This document shows, one piece after another, positions 27,340 through 37,525 of a stretch of 64,000 bases of DNA. Positions within the stretch are counted from its first letter, which is position 1; each line of letters starts with the position of its first letter. The stretch lies in assembly GCA_963781065.1 (NCBI GenBank), contig CAWAET010000022.1:29055-93054 (forward strand), written 5' to 3'. Origin of the DNA: Thermoanaerobaculia bacterium (GTDB lineage: Bacteria; Acidobacteriota; Thermoanaerobaculia; Multivoradales; JAHEKO01). The notes below the pieces were generated by a model. The model saw nothing but the letters and a program-made list of their open reading frames with translations, was not told the DNA's origin and ran no database searches. Both the position numbers and the translations under genes were made by a program.

Positions 27340-27626
27340 CGGTCGGCGCGATCGGTGGCCAGCTCGGCCATGAGCTCATCCAGGGGCGCGACGGGTGCTC
27401 GCGGCACTGGCCCCAGGGAGCCGACGGACGGGGCAGCGATCCAGCCCCGCCGCACAGCCTCGGCCAGGCGCGCGTCCTCGAGGATGGGGCTGCGACCCGT
27501 GGCCGGCGGACGCAGCTCCGCCACCACCCGGTCGCGATCCGTCACCAGAACTGTCTCCCCGGCCGCCGCCAGCCGAACATACTCGCTGAGCCTGTTCTTC
27601 AGAACCTTGAGGCCGACCGAGCGCAT
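27336..27626 (-). CDS. Phd/YefM-type antitoxin
   Basis: MRSVGLKVLKNRLSEYVRLAAAGETVLVTDRDRVVAEL. ATG at 27624-27626. Directly upstream of vapC. Confidence 0.8.
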   Translation of the reverse strand: MRSVGLKVLKNRLSEYVRLAAAGETVLVTDRDRVVAELRPPATGRSPILEDARLAEAVRRGWIAAPSVGSLGPVPRAPVAPLDELMAELATDRADR

Positions 27627-27629
27627 GGC

Positions 27630-27657
27630 CAAAGGTAGCTTCCAGAAGCTACCTTTG
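27630..27657. promoter_or_regulatory. 13-bp perfect inverted repeat (CAAAGGTAGCTTC-ca-GAAGCTACCTTTG), candidate TA operator
   Basis: Direct reading. It ends 3 nt upstream of the antitoxin ATG. Confidence 0.5.
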
Positions 27658-27725
27658 TCAAGCAGGTCGCCTGACTCCGGTGTCACGCCAGGTATGGACA
27701 GATTCGATCGTGGCGATCTTGGCGC

Positions 27726-28190
27726 TCAGTCTCTCCGGTCGGCGCTCGGGTACCTCTCGCCTCCAATCACACACCGAATCGCGGTCAGCAGACTCTCGCT
27801 CAACTCCTGCTTGCTCACATAGCCGCCGGCTCCCGCGTGAAAGGCGCGATCTGAATAGAGCGCCGCGCTGTGCATCGAAAGCACCAGAACCGGCAGGTCA
27901 CCATGGCTCTCCCGAATCTCCTTCACCAGCTCCAGCCCATCGCCATCACCAAGCGAGATGTCGGCGATGACCAGATCGGGCCGGCAGGAGGCCACCGCGT
28001 CGAGCCCCGCCCGATAGTCGGCGGCTTCGCCACAGACGACGAGATCCGGCTCGTTGTCGATCAGCTCGCGCAGCCCACGGCGCAGGAGGGGGTGATCGTC
28101 GATAAGCAGGATGCGCCGCTTGGCTCCTGGCGCCTGCGGCGGATTGTTGCTGCGCATTGGGGCTTGCTGCTGGGACCGACCATTGCCCAT
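27726..28190 (-). CDS. receiver-domain-only response regulator, apparently a truncated NarL/LuxR-type paralogue
   Basis: Aligns by eye along the whole REC domain with the RR at 29192..29878 (ILLIDDHPLLRRGL..., SMHSAALYSDRAFHAGAGGYVSK). It stops 7 aa after GGERY, where the paralogue continues into a linker and HTH. Confidence 0.7.
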   Translation of the reverse strand: MGNGRSQQQAPMRSNNPPQAPGAKRRILLIDDHPLLRRGLRELIDNEPDLVVCGEAADYRAGLDAVASCRPDLVIADISLGDGDGLELVKEIRESHGDLPVLVLSMHSAALYSDRAFHAGAGGYVSKQELSESLLTAIRCVIGGERYPSADRRD

Positions 28191-28335
28191 CGACACAGTT
28201 TGCGTGGTGAGCGCCGAGAGCGCATCGGGGCCGGGGCACCCTTGGCCGCGTAGGGGAATGCTCCATAGCGGAGTCTCTTGTACCTCACGCTGAGGCGACA
28301 GGCGGGCTGTCCCGCGTGCTAGTCTTTTTTGGTCA

Positions 28336-28692
28336 ATGGAAGATGTGATCGTCCTCAACAAGTCGTCCGAGCACTCGCTCCAGGAGTTGGCGCAAAGAGC
28401 CGCGGAACCCCTGGCCGCGGCCGGCGCGGAATGCGCGGTGGCGTTCGGCTCGTGGGCTACGGGCTCGGCCGACGGCTATTCGGACCTGGACCTGGCCGTG
28501 GTCCTGAAGACCGACCTCCCACGCCTCGAGCGCGGCCGGCTGCTCGCCGGGCTCATCGAGGCGCTGCCGATCGCGGTGGACCTGATGGTCTACACGCCCG
28601 AGGAGTTCAAGCGCGGGCTCGCAGCGAAGATCGGGGTCTTCGACGCGATCGCCCGGGAAGGCGTGACGATCTATGCACGATCCGCAGCGTGA
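28336..28692 (+). CDS. nucleotidyltransferase-domain protein (MNT-type antitoxin)
   Basis: Motif GSWATGSADGYSDLDLAVVL (GSxxxGxxxxxSDxDL). 20-nt overlap with the HEPN gene. Confidence 0.85.
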   Translation: MEDVIVLNKSSEHSLQELAQRAAEPLAAAGAECAVAFGSWATGSADGYSDLDLAVVLKTDLPRLERGRLLAGLIEALPIAVDLMVYTPEEFKRGLAAKIGVFDAIAREGVTIYARSAA

Positions 28693-29092
28693 GCGCCGAC
28701 GCTGGCTGGCGGCGGCGAGCGAGGACCTGGCCTTCGCCCGGCATGCGGTCGACGGCGGCTTCTACGCACCCGCCTGCTTTCACGCTCAGCAGGCGGCGGA
28801 GAAGGCGGTCAAGGCGGTCCATTACGGCCGCGGCTCGCGTGCCGTTATCGGGCACAACGTGCGCGCCCTGATCAGCACGCTCGACCCGCCCGCCGAAGCC
28901 CTCCACCGCCAGCTCGATGCGGCTCGCGAGCTGGATCTGTTCTACGTGCCGACCCGATACCCGAACGGCCTCGACGAGGGAACTCCCGGTGATGCCTTCT
29001 CGGCCGATCAGGCCGAGCGAGCGGTGAAGCTCGCCGGGGGGATCATCGAGGCCGCCGAGAGCGCGATCTCGGGCGCGTCGTCGGCCAGCTGA
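28673..29092 (+). CDS. HEPN-domain protein (toxin partner of MNT)
   Basis: Motifs ASEDLAFARHAV, FHAQQAAEKAVKAV, GHNVRALI and YVPTRYPN. Confidence 0.85.
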   Translation: MHDPQRERRRWLAAASEDLAFARHAVDGGFYAPACFHAQQAAEKAVKAVHYGRGSRAVIGHNVRALISTLDPPAEALHRQLDAARELDLFYVPTRYPNGLDEGTPGDAFSADQAERAVKLAGGIIEAAESAISGASSAS

Positions 29093-29101
29093 CCACCAAC
29101 C

Positions 29102-29173
29102 CCGGGCTCGGCCGGCGGCGGTTCGGATCGGGACCTGGCCGTGGTTCTTCGGACGGATGCCGGCGCCGGCTGA
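29102..29173 (+). pseudogene. remnant of a second MNT nucleotidyltransferase gene
   Basis: Reads PGSAGGGSDRDLAVVLRTDAGAG*, paralleling TGSADGYSDLDLAVVLKTD of the intact MNT. Nucleotide blocks GGGCTCGGCCG.CGGC and GACCTGGCCGTGGT are shared. Confidence 0.4.
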
Positions 29174-29191
29174 CGGGTCTTCGGCGCTCCC

Positions 29192-29878
29192 CTACTCCTG
29201 CCGCCCAGTCTCCACCCACTGAGCCGCCCGCTGAGCCAGCTGGGCGGCGGTCTGGATGCCCAGCTTGTTCTTGATGTGCTCGCGGTGGGACTCGATGGTC
29301 TTGACGCTGAGGCTCAAGGTCTCGGCGATCTCGCGGGTGCCGCGGCCCTGGCCGATCCAGCGGAAGACCTCGAGCTCGCGGTCGCTCAAGGCCTCCAGAG
29401 GCGAGCCGGCGGCCAGCTTGCGACCGTCCAAAAACCGGCCCGCCAGGCGGCGCTCGAGCTTGCCGCTCATGTAGGTGCCGCCGTCGAGCACACGGTGGAT
29501 GGCGACGAGGACGGTCTCGTCGAGCTGCTGCTTGTCGACGTAACCGCGGGCGCCGGCACGTAGCGCGCGCTCGGCGTAGACCGACTCGTCGTGCATGGAG
29601 AACACCAGCGCCGGGACTCTCGGATCGCGAGTCTTGAGCTCCTTGACGAAATCCAGACCGTCGCGCCCGCCCAGCTCGAGGTCGACGACGACCATGTCGG
29701 GGCGGAGCTCGCGGACCGCCGCCAGCGCCTCGGCGGCGGAGGCGGCCTCACCACAGGCTGTCAGATCGGGCTCGGAGTCGATCAGCGCGGTCAGACCGCG
29801 CCGCAGGACCGGATGGTCGTCGACGATGAGGACTCTCTTCGGGGCCTGAGACACCCGGTCGGTCCGCTCTGCCGTCAT
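29192..29878 (-). CDS. NarL/LuxR-family response regulator (REC + HTH)
   Basis: VLIVDDHPVLRRGL starts the REC domain. The C-terminal part reads LSDRELEVFRWIGQGRGTREIAETLSLSVKTIESHREHIKNKLG. ATGA overlap with the kinase stop. Confidence 0.9.
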   Translation of the reverse strand: MTAERTDRVSQAPKRVLIVDDHPVLRRGLTALIDSEPDLTACGEAASAAEALAAVRELRPDMVVVDLELGGRDGLDFVKELKTRDPRVPALVFSMHDESVYAERALRAGARGYVDKQQLDETVLVAIHRVLDGGTYMSGKLERRLAGRFLDGRKLAAGSPLEALSDRELEVFRWIGQGRGTREIAETLSLSVKTIESHREHIKNKLGIQTAAQLAQRAAQWVETGRQE

Positions 29879-31023
29879 GATCCGGTCCTCTCGCAAGCAC
29901 CGCGTTGCGGCGCCCCCGAACCGGCGGCTGGCTCGGACCCTCGCCCGGGCTGGCTCGGAACCAGGCGCAGCGGGAGGGAGCAGATCACAATGGTGCCTCG
30001 CGCGGCACGCCGGCGCACCTCGAGAGAGGCACCGATCAGCCGCGCTCGGTAGGCCATGGTGTGCAGCCCCATCCCACGCCCGTCGGGCGGACACTCGGGC
30101 AGGCCCACTCCATCGTCCCGAACGGTCAGGACGGCCCTGCCGTCGGCAACGGCCAGGCCGATCTCGACGCGAGCTGCCCGGGCGTGAGCCACGGCGTTGC
30201 TGACCGCTTCCTGGGCAATGCGGAAGAGGTGATCCTCGTCGTCGCAGGCCAGCCGGGGGAACTCCTGCGGCCCAACAAAGCCACAGGAAACCCGGAACAG
30301 GCGCTCGACGCTTGCGGCCTGGACCTCCAGGGCGGTGCCGAGGCCACCGGTATCCAGGCCCGATGGGGCCAGCCCGCGGGCCAGGTCGCGCGCCTGGCCG
30401 ATGGCGTCGTTGAGCAACGAGGTGATCTCGGCGGCGGTGGCGGCGGCGCTCGCTTCAGACGCCGCAGCCAGTCGCCGCCACAGCATCGAGCTGAGGGCGG
30501 CGATGCCGGCCAGGCTCTGGCACAGGCCGTCGTGCAGCTCCCGCCCCAGTCGCTCCTTTTCGCGGTCCGCCACCTCGAGGATCTCCCGCTCCTGCCGCCG
30601 GCGCCGGGTGACGTCCCGCGCGGTGGCGTGGATGCGCCGGCGTCCCGGCACCGGTCGGGCGTTCCACTGCAGCCAGTGGTACGAGCCGTTTCGGTGGCGG
30701 TAGCGGTTCTCGAAGAAGATCGTCTCGGCGCCGGCGGCGAGCTTGGCGACCTCGGCCCGCGTCCGCTCGCGGTCGTCCGGGTGCACGAAGTCGAGAAACG
30801 GGCTCGCCTGAAGCTCGTCGAGGCTCCATCCCAGACGGATCGCCCAGGCCGGGTTGAGGCGCTTGAAGTAGCCGTCGAGACCGGCGATGCAGAGCAGGTC
30901 GGGCGACTGGGTGAAGAACCGGGCGAGCTCGGCCTCAGCCTCCGCTGCTCGGGCCAGCGCTGCCTTCGCGGCCGCGGGCGCCGGGCGCTGCGCGGGGTTC
31001 ATCGAGCTTGGTAGCGTTGACAT
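29875..31023 (-). CDS. cytoplasmic PAS-domain sensor histidine kinase (HisKA_3/NarX-type)
   Basis: PAS region (LLCIAGLDGYFKRLNPAW...YRHRNGSYHWLQW), H-box (LGRELHDGLCQSL) and ATPase region (VRDDGVGLP...GMGLHTM). No TM segment. Confidence 0.85.
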   Translation of the reverse strand: MSTLPSSMNPAQRPAPAAAKAALARAAEAEAELARFFTQSPDLLCIAGLDGYFKRLNPAWAIRLGWSLDELQASPFLDFVHPDDRERTRAEVAKLAAGAETIFFENRYRHRNGSYHWLQWNARPVPGRRRIHATARDVTRRRRQEREILEVADREKERLGRELHDGLCQSLAGIAALSSMLWRRLAAASEASAAATAAEITSLLNDAIGQARDLARGLAPSGLDTGGLGTALEVQAASVERLFRVSCGFVGPQEFPRLACDDEDHLFRIAQEAVSNAVAHARAARVEIGLAVADGRAVLTVRDDGVGLPECPPDGRGMGLHTMAYRARLIGASLEVRRRAARGTIVICSLPLRLVPSQPGRGSEPAAGSGAPQRGACERTGS

Positions 31024-31384
31024 CCTCAGGCCACCTTCGCCGCCTCGAGAGGCCAGCGAGGCAAGGTAGACCGGTCGAGACCGTTCCGAGTCGATCCGGC
31101 CGCGTTTCGACTTACGACTCGATCTGTCGACCCTGAATCCCGCCCCTGGACGGCGCCTATTTCATGACAAATCTTATAACTGTCGCCCACTCTACACCAA
31201 ATCGGCGGTCGTGCCGGTCGATCCCGGCAGCGCGGGTGGAACCCGGATTCTCGGCCACCTGGCCGTAGGCGCCCAAACTGGGACCGACTCGCCTCGATCC
31301 GATTGCCGTCGGCGCCAACGGCCACGGCCGCCAAGCCGGCGGCAGAACGGCCGCGGCAGGGGCGAGCTTTCGCTCGGTTCTGCC

Positions 31385-33355
31385 CTATTTCGTCAGCTTG
31401 AGGCGCAGCTTGACGTGCTCCGCATCTGCCGTGGCGTGCTTCTTCATCTCGGCCTCGAGCGCCGCCGCCCGACCCACGACCTCCGTCTCCTTCGCCTTCA
31501 CCTCGCCCTCGACCCCCTTTTCGACCGCCCGCTCCTTGTCATCGACGGCGGTCTTGGCATCGGCTTCGAGTGCCTTGACGTCGGCGTCCAGGTTGCAGGC
31601 GTACCAGCACCAGGTCGCCTTGGAGGTGGCCTGACGGACGCTGGTGGCGATGATCTCGACGATGAAGGCCTCGAGCGGCGGGTTGTTGAGGCTGAACGGG
31701 CCGATGCCGGCAAGGACGCGGCTTAGGATCGCCCGCGTCTTCGCCGCCACCTGGTCGTTGGTCTGGGTCATCCGGGACAGATCCGCGCTGTCCACGTTGC
31801 CCATCGGCGAGGTGAAGAGCGGCAAATCGTATTCGCTCAGCGTCAGCCCCGTCGGCTTGACGGTGGGCAGATTTGCCGGCGCCACGGCCGGCAGCCCCTC
31901 GTGGGCGTCGAAGACCGCCTCCAGGAAGACCCGCATGACCTCGGCCCCGATCGAGCTCCCGGTTCCCACGCCCGAGGTGTCGGTCGCTACCCCCATGTCG
32001 CCAAAGGCGGACCTGCCGCTCATGACCTGACCGGTGTCGACGTCCGTGGCCTTCACCAAATGGTGGGCCGTCGGATCGAGGGTGACCTCGATGGTCGGCA
32101 GCCTGGCCTGGAAAGTGTGGTCGCGGGAGACGAAGCCGACGTTCGACACCTTGAAGACGTTACTGAGCGCCGCGTCGGCCTTGCCCAGCTCCTGGTCGAT
32201 GTCGCCAACAACCTTCTGATCTGCCACCCCCACCCCGCTCTCAAGCTTGTCGAGCGCCGTCTTGACCTTGCCCAGCAGCCCGTTGAGCTCCGACACCAGG
32301 GCCTGGACGTCCTTGGCGGCGGCCGAGTCGGCGGCCTGCGCCAACGCCTCCGACTTGGCGGCAACTTCGCCCGACAAGCCGCGGAGATCGCTGAGGATCA
32401 CCTCCGCCGCCTTGCCGAAACGGCCCGTGATCGCCCCTTCCACCTTGGCGACCAACGCCTGAACCTCGCCCCCCACACCGGCCGCGTCGGCGCCGAGAGC
32501 CGCCAGGACCGCCGTCTCCGTCTGCCCGACGTCCGTCTCGACCGCCTGCAGCTTCCCCAGCACAGCGGCGATATCCCCCTCGATCGCCGCCGCGCCGTTA
32601 TTCACCGCCTGGATCGCGCCCGTCAGCTGTACGTCGACCTCGAGGAACTTGCCGCTTCGCATGTAGGCCTCGAAATACGACCGGATGAAGGCGACCCGGC
32701 GGCAGTCGCTCTCGATCGCGGAACGCCCCGGATCGTTCGTCTTCGCCGCGAGCAGCTGCTTGCAGCGCTCGTGGAGGCTCCGCCAGCCCTTCGTACCGAG
32801 CGTCGACAGCAGGCCGTCGTGGAGATCTTGCGCATCGCCGATGCGCAGGCTCATCGACGCCGTGCTCTGCGCGCCGCCGTCGGCCCGCTGGCCCTTCTCG
32901 ACGGAGAAACCCGGCACGCTCCCGGTGTCGTGGCCACGCAGATGGTCATGCAGCGCCGACGCCAGCCCGACGACCGGGTGACCGAGAACACCCAGCGCAG
33001 CCTTGGCCGGGTCTCCGGCCGGCAGCTTCGCCACCGCGTCGCGAAGGGCCTGACTCGAGCCCGAAGAGACCGCGCTCACCGCTTGCGTCGCGGCATGCTG
33101 GCTGCTGTGGGGAAGAGCGGTGGTGTCGCTCCCCTGGCAGCTCCCGCCCCGCTCCTTCAGGCACTTGCGGAAGAGGCCGAGGTCGGTGTCGAAGATCCCG
33201 AGCTCATGGTCCATGGCCTTGACGTCTTTCTCCGCCAGGTGGGTCGCGAAGTCCTCAACCAGCGACGTGCAGCCGGCAGTGGCCGCGGCGACGAGCGTGA
33301 GAAAGACGGATCGAAGGCCGAGCCGGTAAAGCGGAGACTGTCGAGTGAATCTCAT
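31385..33355 (-). CDS. large coiled-coil lipoprotein, function unknown
   Basis: Lipobox LVAAATAGC and AGGAGC upstream of the ATG. The central region is long and Ala/Val/Glu-rich with heptad-like periodicity. No family recognised. Confidence 0.7.
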   Translation of the reverse strand: MRFTRQSPLYRLGLRSVFLTLVAAATAGCTSLVEDFATHLAEKDVKAMDHELGIFDTDLGLFRKCLKERGGSCQGSDTTALPHSSQHAATQAVSAVSSGSSQALRDAVAKLPAGDPAKAALGVLGHPVVGLASALHDHLRGHDTGSVPGFSVEKGQRADGGAQSTASMSLRIGDAQDLHDGLLSTLGTKGWRSLHERCKQLLAAKTNDPGRSAIESDCRRVAFIRSYFEAYMRSGKFLEVDVQLTGAIQAVNNGAAAIEGDIAAVLGKLQAVETDVGQTETAVLAALGADAAGVGGEVQALVAKVEGAITGRFGKAAEVILSDLRGLSGEVAAKSEALAQAADSAAAKDVQALVSELNGLLGKVKTALDKLESGVGVADQKVVGDIDQELGKADAALSNVFKVSNVGFVSRDHTFQARLPTIEVTLDPTAHHLVKATDVDTGQVMSGRSAFGDMGVATDTSGVGTGSSIGAEVMRVFLEAVFDAHEGLPAVAPANLPTVKPTGLTLSEYDLPLFTSPMGNVDSADLSRMTQTNDQVAAKTRAILSRVLAGIGPFSLNNPPLEAFIVEIIATSVRQATSKATWCWYACNLDADVKALEADAKTAVDDKERAVEKGVEGEVKAKETEVVGRAAALEAEMKKHATADAEHVKLRLKLTK

Positions 33356-33482
33356 CTTCTCTGCTCCTGCTGTTCGACGCCTCCCCCACCAGGGAGATCA
33401 GCGTCGCTGATTCCACCGAGAATCGATGTTGGTCGCGAAATACTGTGGCCAGATCCTAGCCGCAGAGCCGCGGGATCGCAAT

Positions 33483-33509
33483 GGGGAAAAGCCCCACCTC
33501 AGGCGGGGC
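33483..33509 (-). terminator. intrinsic terminator-like hairpin downstream of the E2 gene
   Basis: The minus strand reads GCCCC-gcctgaggt-GGGGC followed by TTTTCCCC. Confidence 0.45.
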
Positions 33510-33574
33510 ACGCCGCAGCCAGCAGCAGCCGGCCGATTCGAGCCGCGCGGGCTAAAGACTCGATCCGCGGCCGC

Positions 33575-35095
33575 CTAGCCGAAGGCGTCCAGCTCGGACC
33601 AGCTCTCCTCGACCAGGGTCTTCTTGATCGAGATCATGAAGTGGTCGGCGTCGGCGCCGTCGACCAGCCGGTGGTCGTAGCTGATCGAGAAGTAGGACAT
33701 GGTCTTGATGGCGATGGTGTCGTTGCCGTCGGCGTCGGCGGCCACGATGGGCCGCTTCTCGATGGCGCCGATGCCGAGGATCGCCACCTGCGGCTGGCTG
33801 ATGATCGGCGTGCCGATCAGGCTGCCGAAGACCCCCGGGTTGGTCACCGTGAAGGTGCCGCCCTGGATCTCGTCGGGGCCGAGCTTCTTCCTGCGCGCCC
33901 GATCGGCGAGGTCGTTGGCTCCCTTGGCGAGACCGACCAGGTTGAGCTGGTCGGCGTTGCGCAGGACCGGCACCAGCAAGCCCCAATCGAGAGCCACCGC
34001 CATGCCGATGTTGATCTGCTGCTTGAAGACCACGTTGGTGCCGTCGATGGACGCGTTGAGCTTGGGGTGGGCCTTGAGCGCCGAGGCGACCGCCTTGAAG
34101 ATGAAGGGCATGTAGGTCAGCTTGGTGCCGTGGGCCTCGAGGAAGCCCGCCTTGGCCCGTTGCCGGACCCGCGCCACCCGCGACATGTCCATGTGGAAGA
34201 CCGTCGTGACGTGCGCCGAGGTGTCCTTGGAGTAGCGCATGTGGGCGGCGGTGATCTGGCGGATGCGCGACATCGGCTCGATCCGGACCGGCTCGCCCTC
34301 GGCGTAGGCCGGGACGTGGAAGCCACCGGTGGCCGGGGGCGCCGATGGGGCCGGAGCCGCGGGCGCTGCCGCCGCCGCTGCGGCAGCCGGACGCTCCGGG
34401 GCCGCGGCAGCCTTCGCGGCCGGCGCTTCGGCCTTGCCCTCGCCGCCTTCGAGGTGGGCTTCGAGATCGCGCCGGGTCACCCGGCCGTGGATGCCGGTGC
34501 CGGCGACCTGTGACAGGTCGACGTCGTGCTCGACCGCCATCTTGCGCACCACCGGGCTCGAGAAGGTGCGCGCGCGCTCGGCCTCGGGGTCGGCATCGGC
34601 ATCGGCATCGGCATCGGCAAGGGTGTCGGAGGGCTCGGGAGGCGCGGCTCCATCCGCCTGGCGGCTCGCCTCCGGCGCCGGCGCCTCGGCCTCCGGCGCC
34701 GTTTCCGCGGTTTCCGGCTCACCCTGCCGGGCCTGCGGCTCGGCGGCCGCTGGCTCGGGCTCCGCGGCCTCCCCGGAGGCCGGCTTCGGGGCCTCTTCGG
34801 CCTTAACCTCCGGCGCCGGCTCGGCCTGCCCTGCCCCGTCGGCGGCGGGCTTCTCGCCCGGCTCGCCGATCCGGGCGACAACATCGTTGACCTCGACCGT
34901 CGCCCCCTCCTCGTGGTGGATCTCGAGCAGCACGCCGTCGGCGGGGCTGGGGATCTCGGCGTCCACCTTGTCGGTGGAGATCTCGAACAGGGGCTGGTCG
35001 CGCTCGACTTTGTCGCCGACCTTCACCAGCCATCTGGTGATCGTTCCTTCGGCGATCGACTCGCCCATCTGCGGCATGATCACATCGGTTGCCAT
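33575..35095 (-). CDS. 2-oxoacid dehydrogenase E2 component (dihydrolipoamide acyltransferase)
   Basis: Lipoyl domain (EISTDKVDAEIPSP), E3-binding domain (SPVVRKMAVEHDVDLSQVAGTGIHGRVT) and catalytic DHRLVDGA. Confidence 0.9.
   Translation of the reverse strand: MATDVIMPQMGESIAEGTITRWLVKVGDKVERDQPLFEISTDKVDAEIPSPADGVLLEIHHEEGATVEVNDVVARIGEPGEKPAADGAGQAEPAPEVKAEEAPKPASGEAAEPEPAAAEPQARQGEPETAETAPEAEAPAPEASRQADGAAPPEPSDTLADADADADADPEAERARTFSSPVVRKMAVEHDVDLSQVAGTGIHGRVTRRDLEAHLEGGEGKAEAPAAKAAAAPERPAAAAAAAAPAAPAPSAPPATGGFHVPAYAEGEPVRIEPMSRIRQITAAHMRYSKDTSAHVTTVFHMDMSRVARVRQRAKAGFLEAHGTKLTYMPFIFKAVASALKAHPKLNASIDGTNVVFKQQINIGMAVALDWGLLVPVLRNADQLNLVGLAKGANDLADRARRKKLGPDEIQGGTFTVTNPGVFGSLIGTPIISQPQVAILGIGAIEKRPIVAADADGNDTIAIKTMSYFSISYDHRLVDGADADHFMISIKKTLVEESWSELDAFG
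34590..34619. repeat. hexanucleotide microsatellite (TCGGCA, about 5 copies) in the E2 linker, encoding (DA)n
   Basis: Direct reading. Corresponds to ADADADADADP in the protein. Confidence 0.8.
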
Positions 35096-35104
35096 CGGTC
35101 TACC

Positions 35105-36499
<1,395 letters not shown>

Positions 36500-36518
36500 C
36501 CGGGTGTCCTGAAGCCCC

Positions 36519-37376
36519 TCAGGAGGCGGCCACCAACGCCACCGGCTCGGCGGCGAAGCGGCCCGGCTTCTCCTCGCGCAGCCGGGCCAGCGGCGTCTCG
36601 GGGTCGTGCTCGAAGACGCACAGCCAACTCTCCGCCGCCGCGCGCGGCAGCCAGCGCTGCTTGTTGGTCATCGTGTCGAGCGGATAGAGGTCGTAGCCCA
36701 TCACCCAGGCGTACGGCAGGTGGGCCGCGGTGGGCACCAGATCGGCCCAGAAGACACCGCGCTCGCCGGGCCCCCCGTCGAGCAGCACGATGCACATGTC
36801 GGCGTTGTGGCCCGGCGCCTTGACCGCCTCCACACCGGCGACCGGCGCCGCCCGATCGTCAAAAAGCTCGACCACGCCGGCCTCGAACAGCGGCTCCCAG
36901 TTGCGCGGGTCATAGCTCGCCCGGTCGCGCTCGCTGGGCGAGCGGGCGTGCGCAACCTCGCCCCGCTCGAGCCAGTAGCGGGCGCGGGGGAAGGTCGGCA
37001 CCAGCCGGCCGTCGACCAGCCGGGTGTTCCAGCCGCAGTGGTCGAAGTGCAGGTGGGTCAGCAGGACGTGGGTGACGTCCTCGGGCTCGAAACCGGCCTG
37101 GCGGATCGCCTCGGGCAGCCGCCGAGCACCCTCGTCGATGCCGAAGATGTCGTTGAACTTCTGGTCGTTCTTGTCGCCGATCCCGGTGTCGATCAACAAC
37201 AGATCGTCGCCGCTCGCAACCAGCAGGCTGTTGACCGTCATCTGGATCCGGTTGCGCTCGTCGGCCGGCTTGCGGCGCTCCCAGAGCACCTTGGGCACCA
37301 CACCGAACATCGCTCCGCCATCGAGGCGAAAACCGCCGTCGTCGGCCAGATGAAGATCGAGTCGACCCAGTCGCAT
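36519..37376 (-). CDS. MBL-fold metallo-hydrolase
   Basis: Motif LLTHLHFDHCGW. Confidence 0.8.
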   Translation of the reverse strand: MRLGRLDLHLADDGGFRLDGGAMFGVVPKVLWERRKPADERNRIQMTVNSLLVASGDDLLLIDTGIGDKNDQKFNDIFGIDEGARRLPEAIRQAGFEPEDVTHVLLTHLHFDHCGWNTRLVDGRLVPTFPRARYWLERGEVAHARSPSERDRASYDPRNWEPLFEAGVVELFDDRAAPVAGVEAVKAPGHNADMCIVLLDGGPGERGVFWADLVPTAAHLPYAWVMGYDLYPLDTMTNKQRWLPRAAAESWLCVFEHDPETPLARLREEKPGRFAAEPVALVAAS

Positions 37377-37391
37377 AGCCGCAGGAGTCTA

Positions 37392-37407
37392 CCGGATCGC
37401 GATCCGG
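37392..37407. promoter_or_regulatory. 16-bp perfect palindrome CCGGATCGCGATCCGG in the divergent MBL/patatin promoter region
   Basis: Direct reading. Confidence 0.3.
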
Positions 37408-37525
37408 CCGGTAAGGAACCGCGGCGTCGCCGCCTGTGCTCCGTCACGCTGCCGAGAGATGGCGGGGACATCGGGAACCGGTATCCTGGCCCCGCACTGC
37501 CGTAGCCGACGATCGGACGCGCGCG

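Noticed and set aside
33373-33384. A 12-nt identity TTCGACGCCTCC with the reverse complement of the distal part of the 11437-11448 box, in the 5' UTR of the lipoprotein gene.
   Set aside because: There is only one partial unit and no tandem heptamers. Its orientation relative to the gene is opposite to the two good sites. It lies downstream of any plausible promoter.
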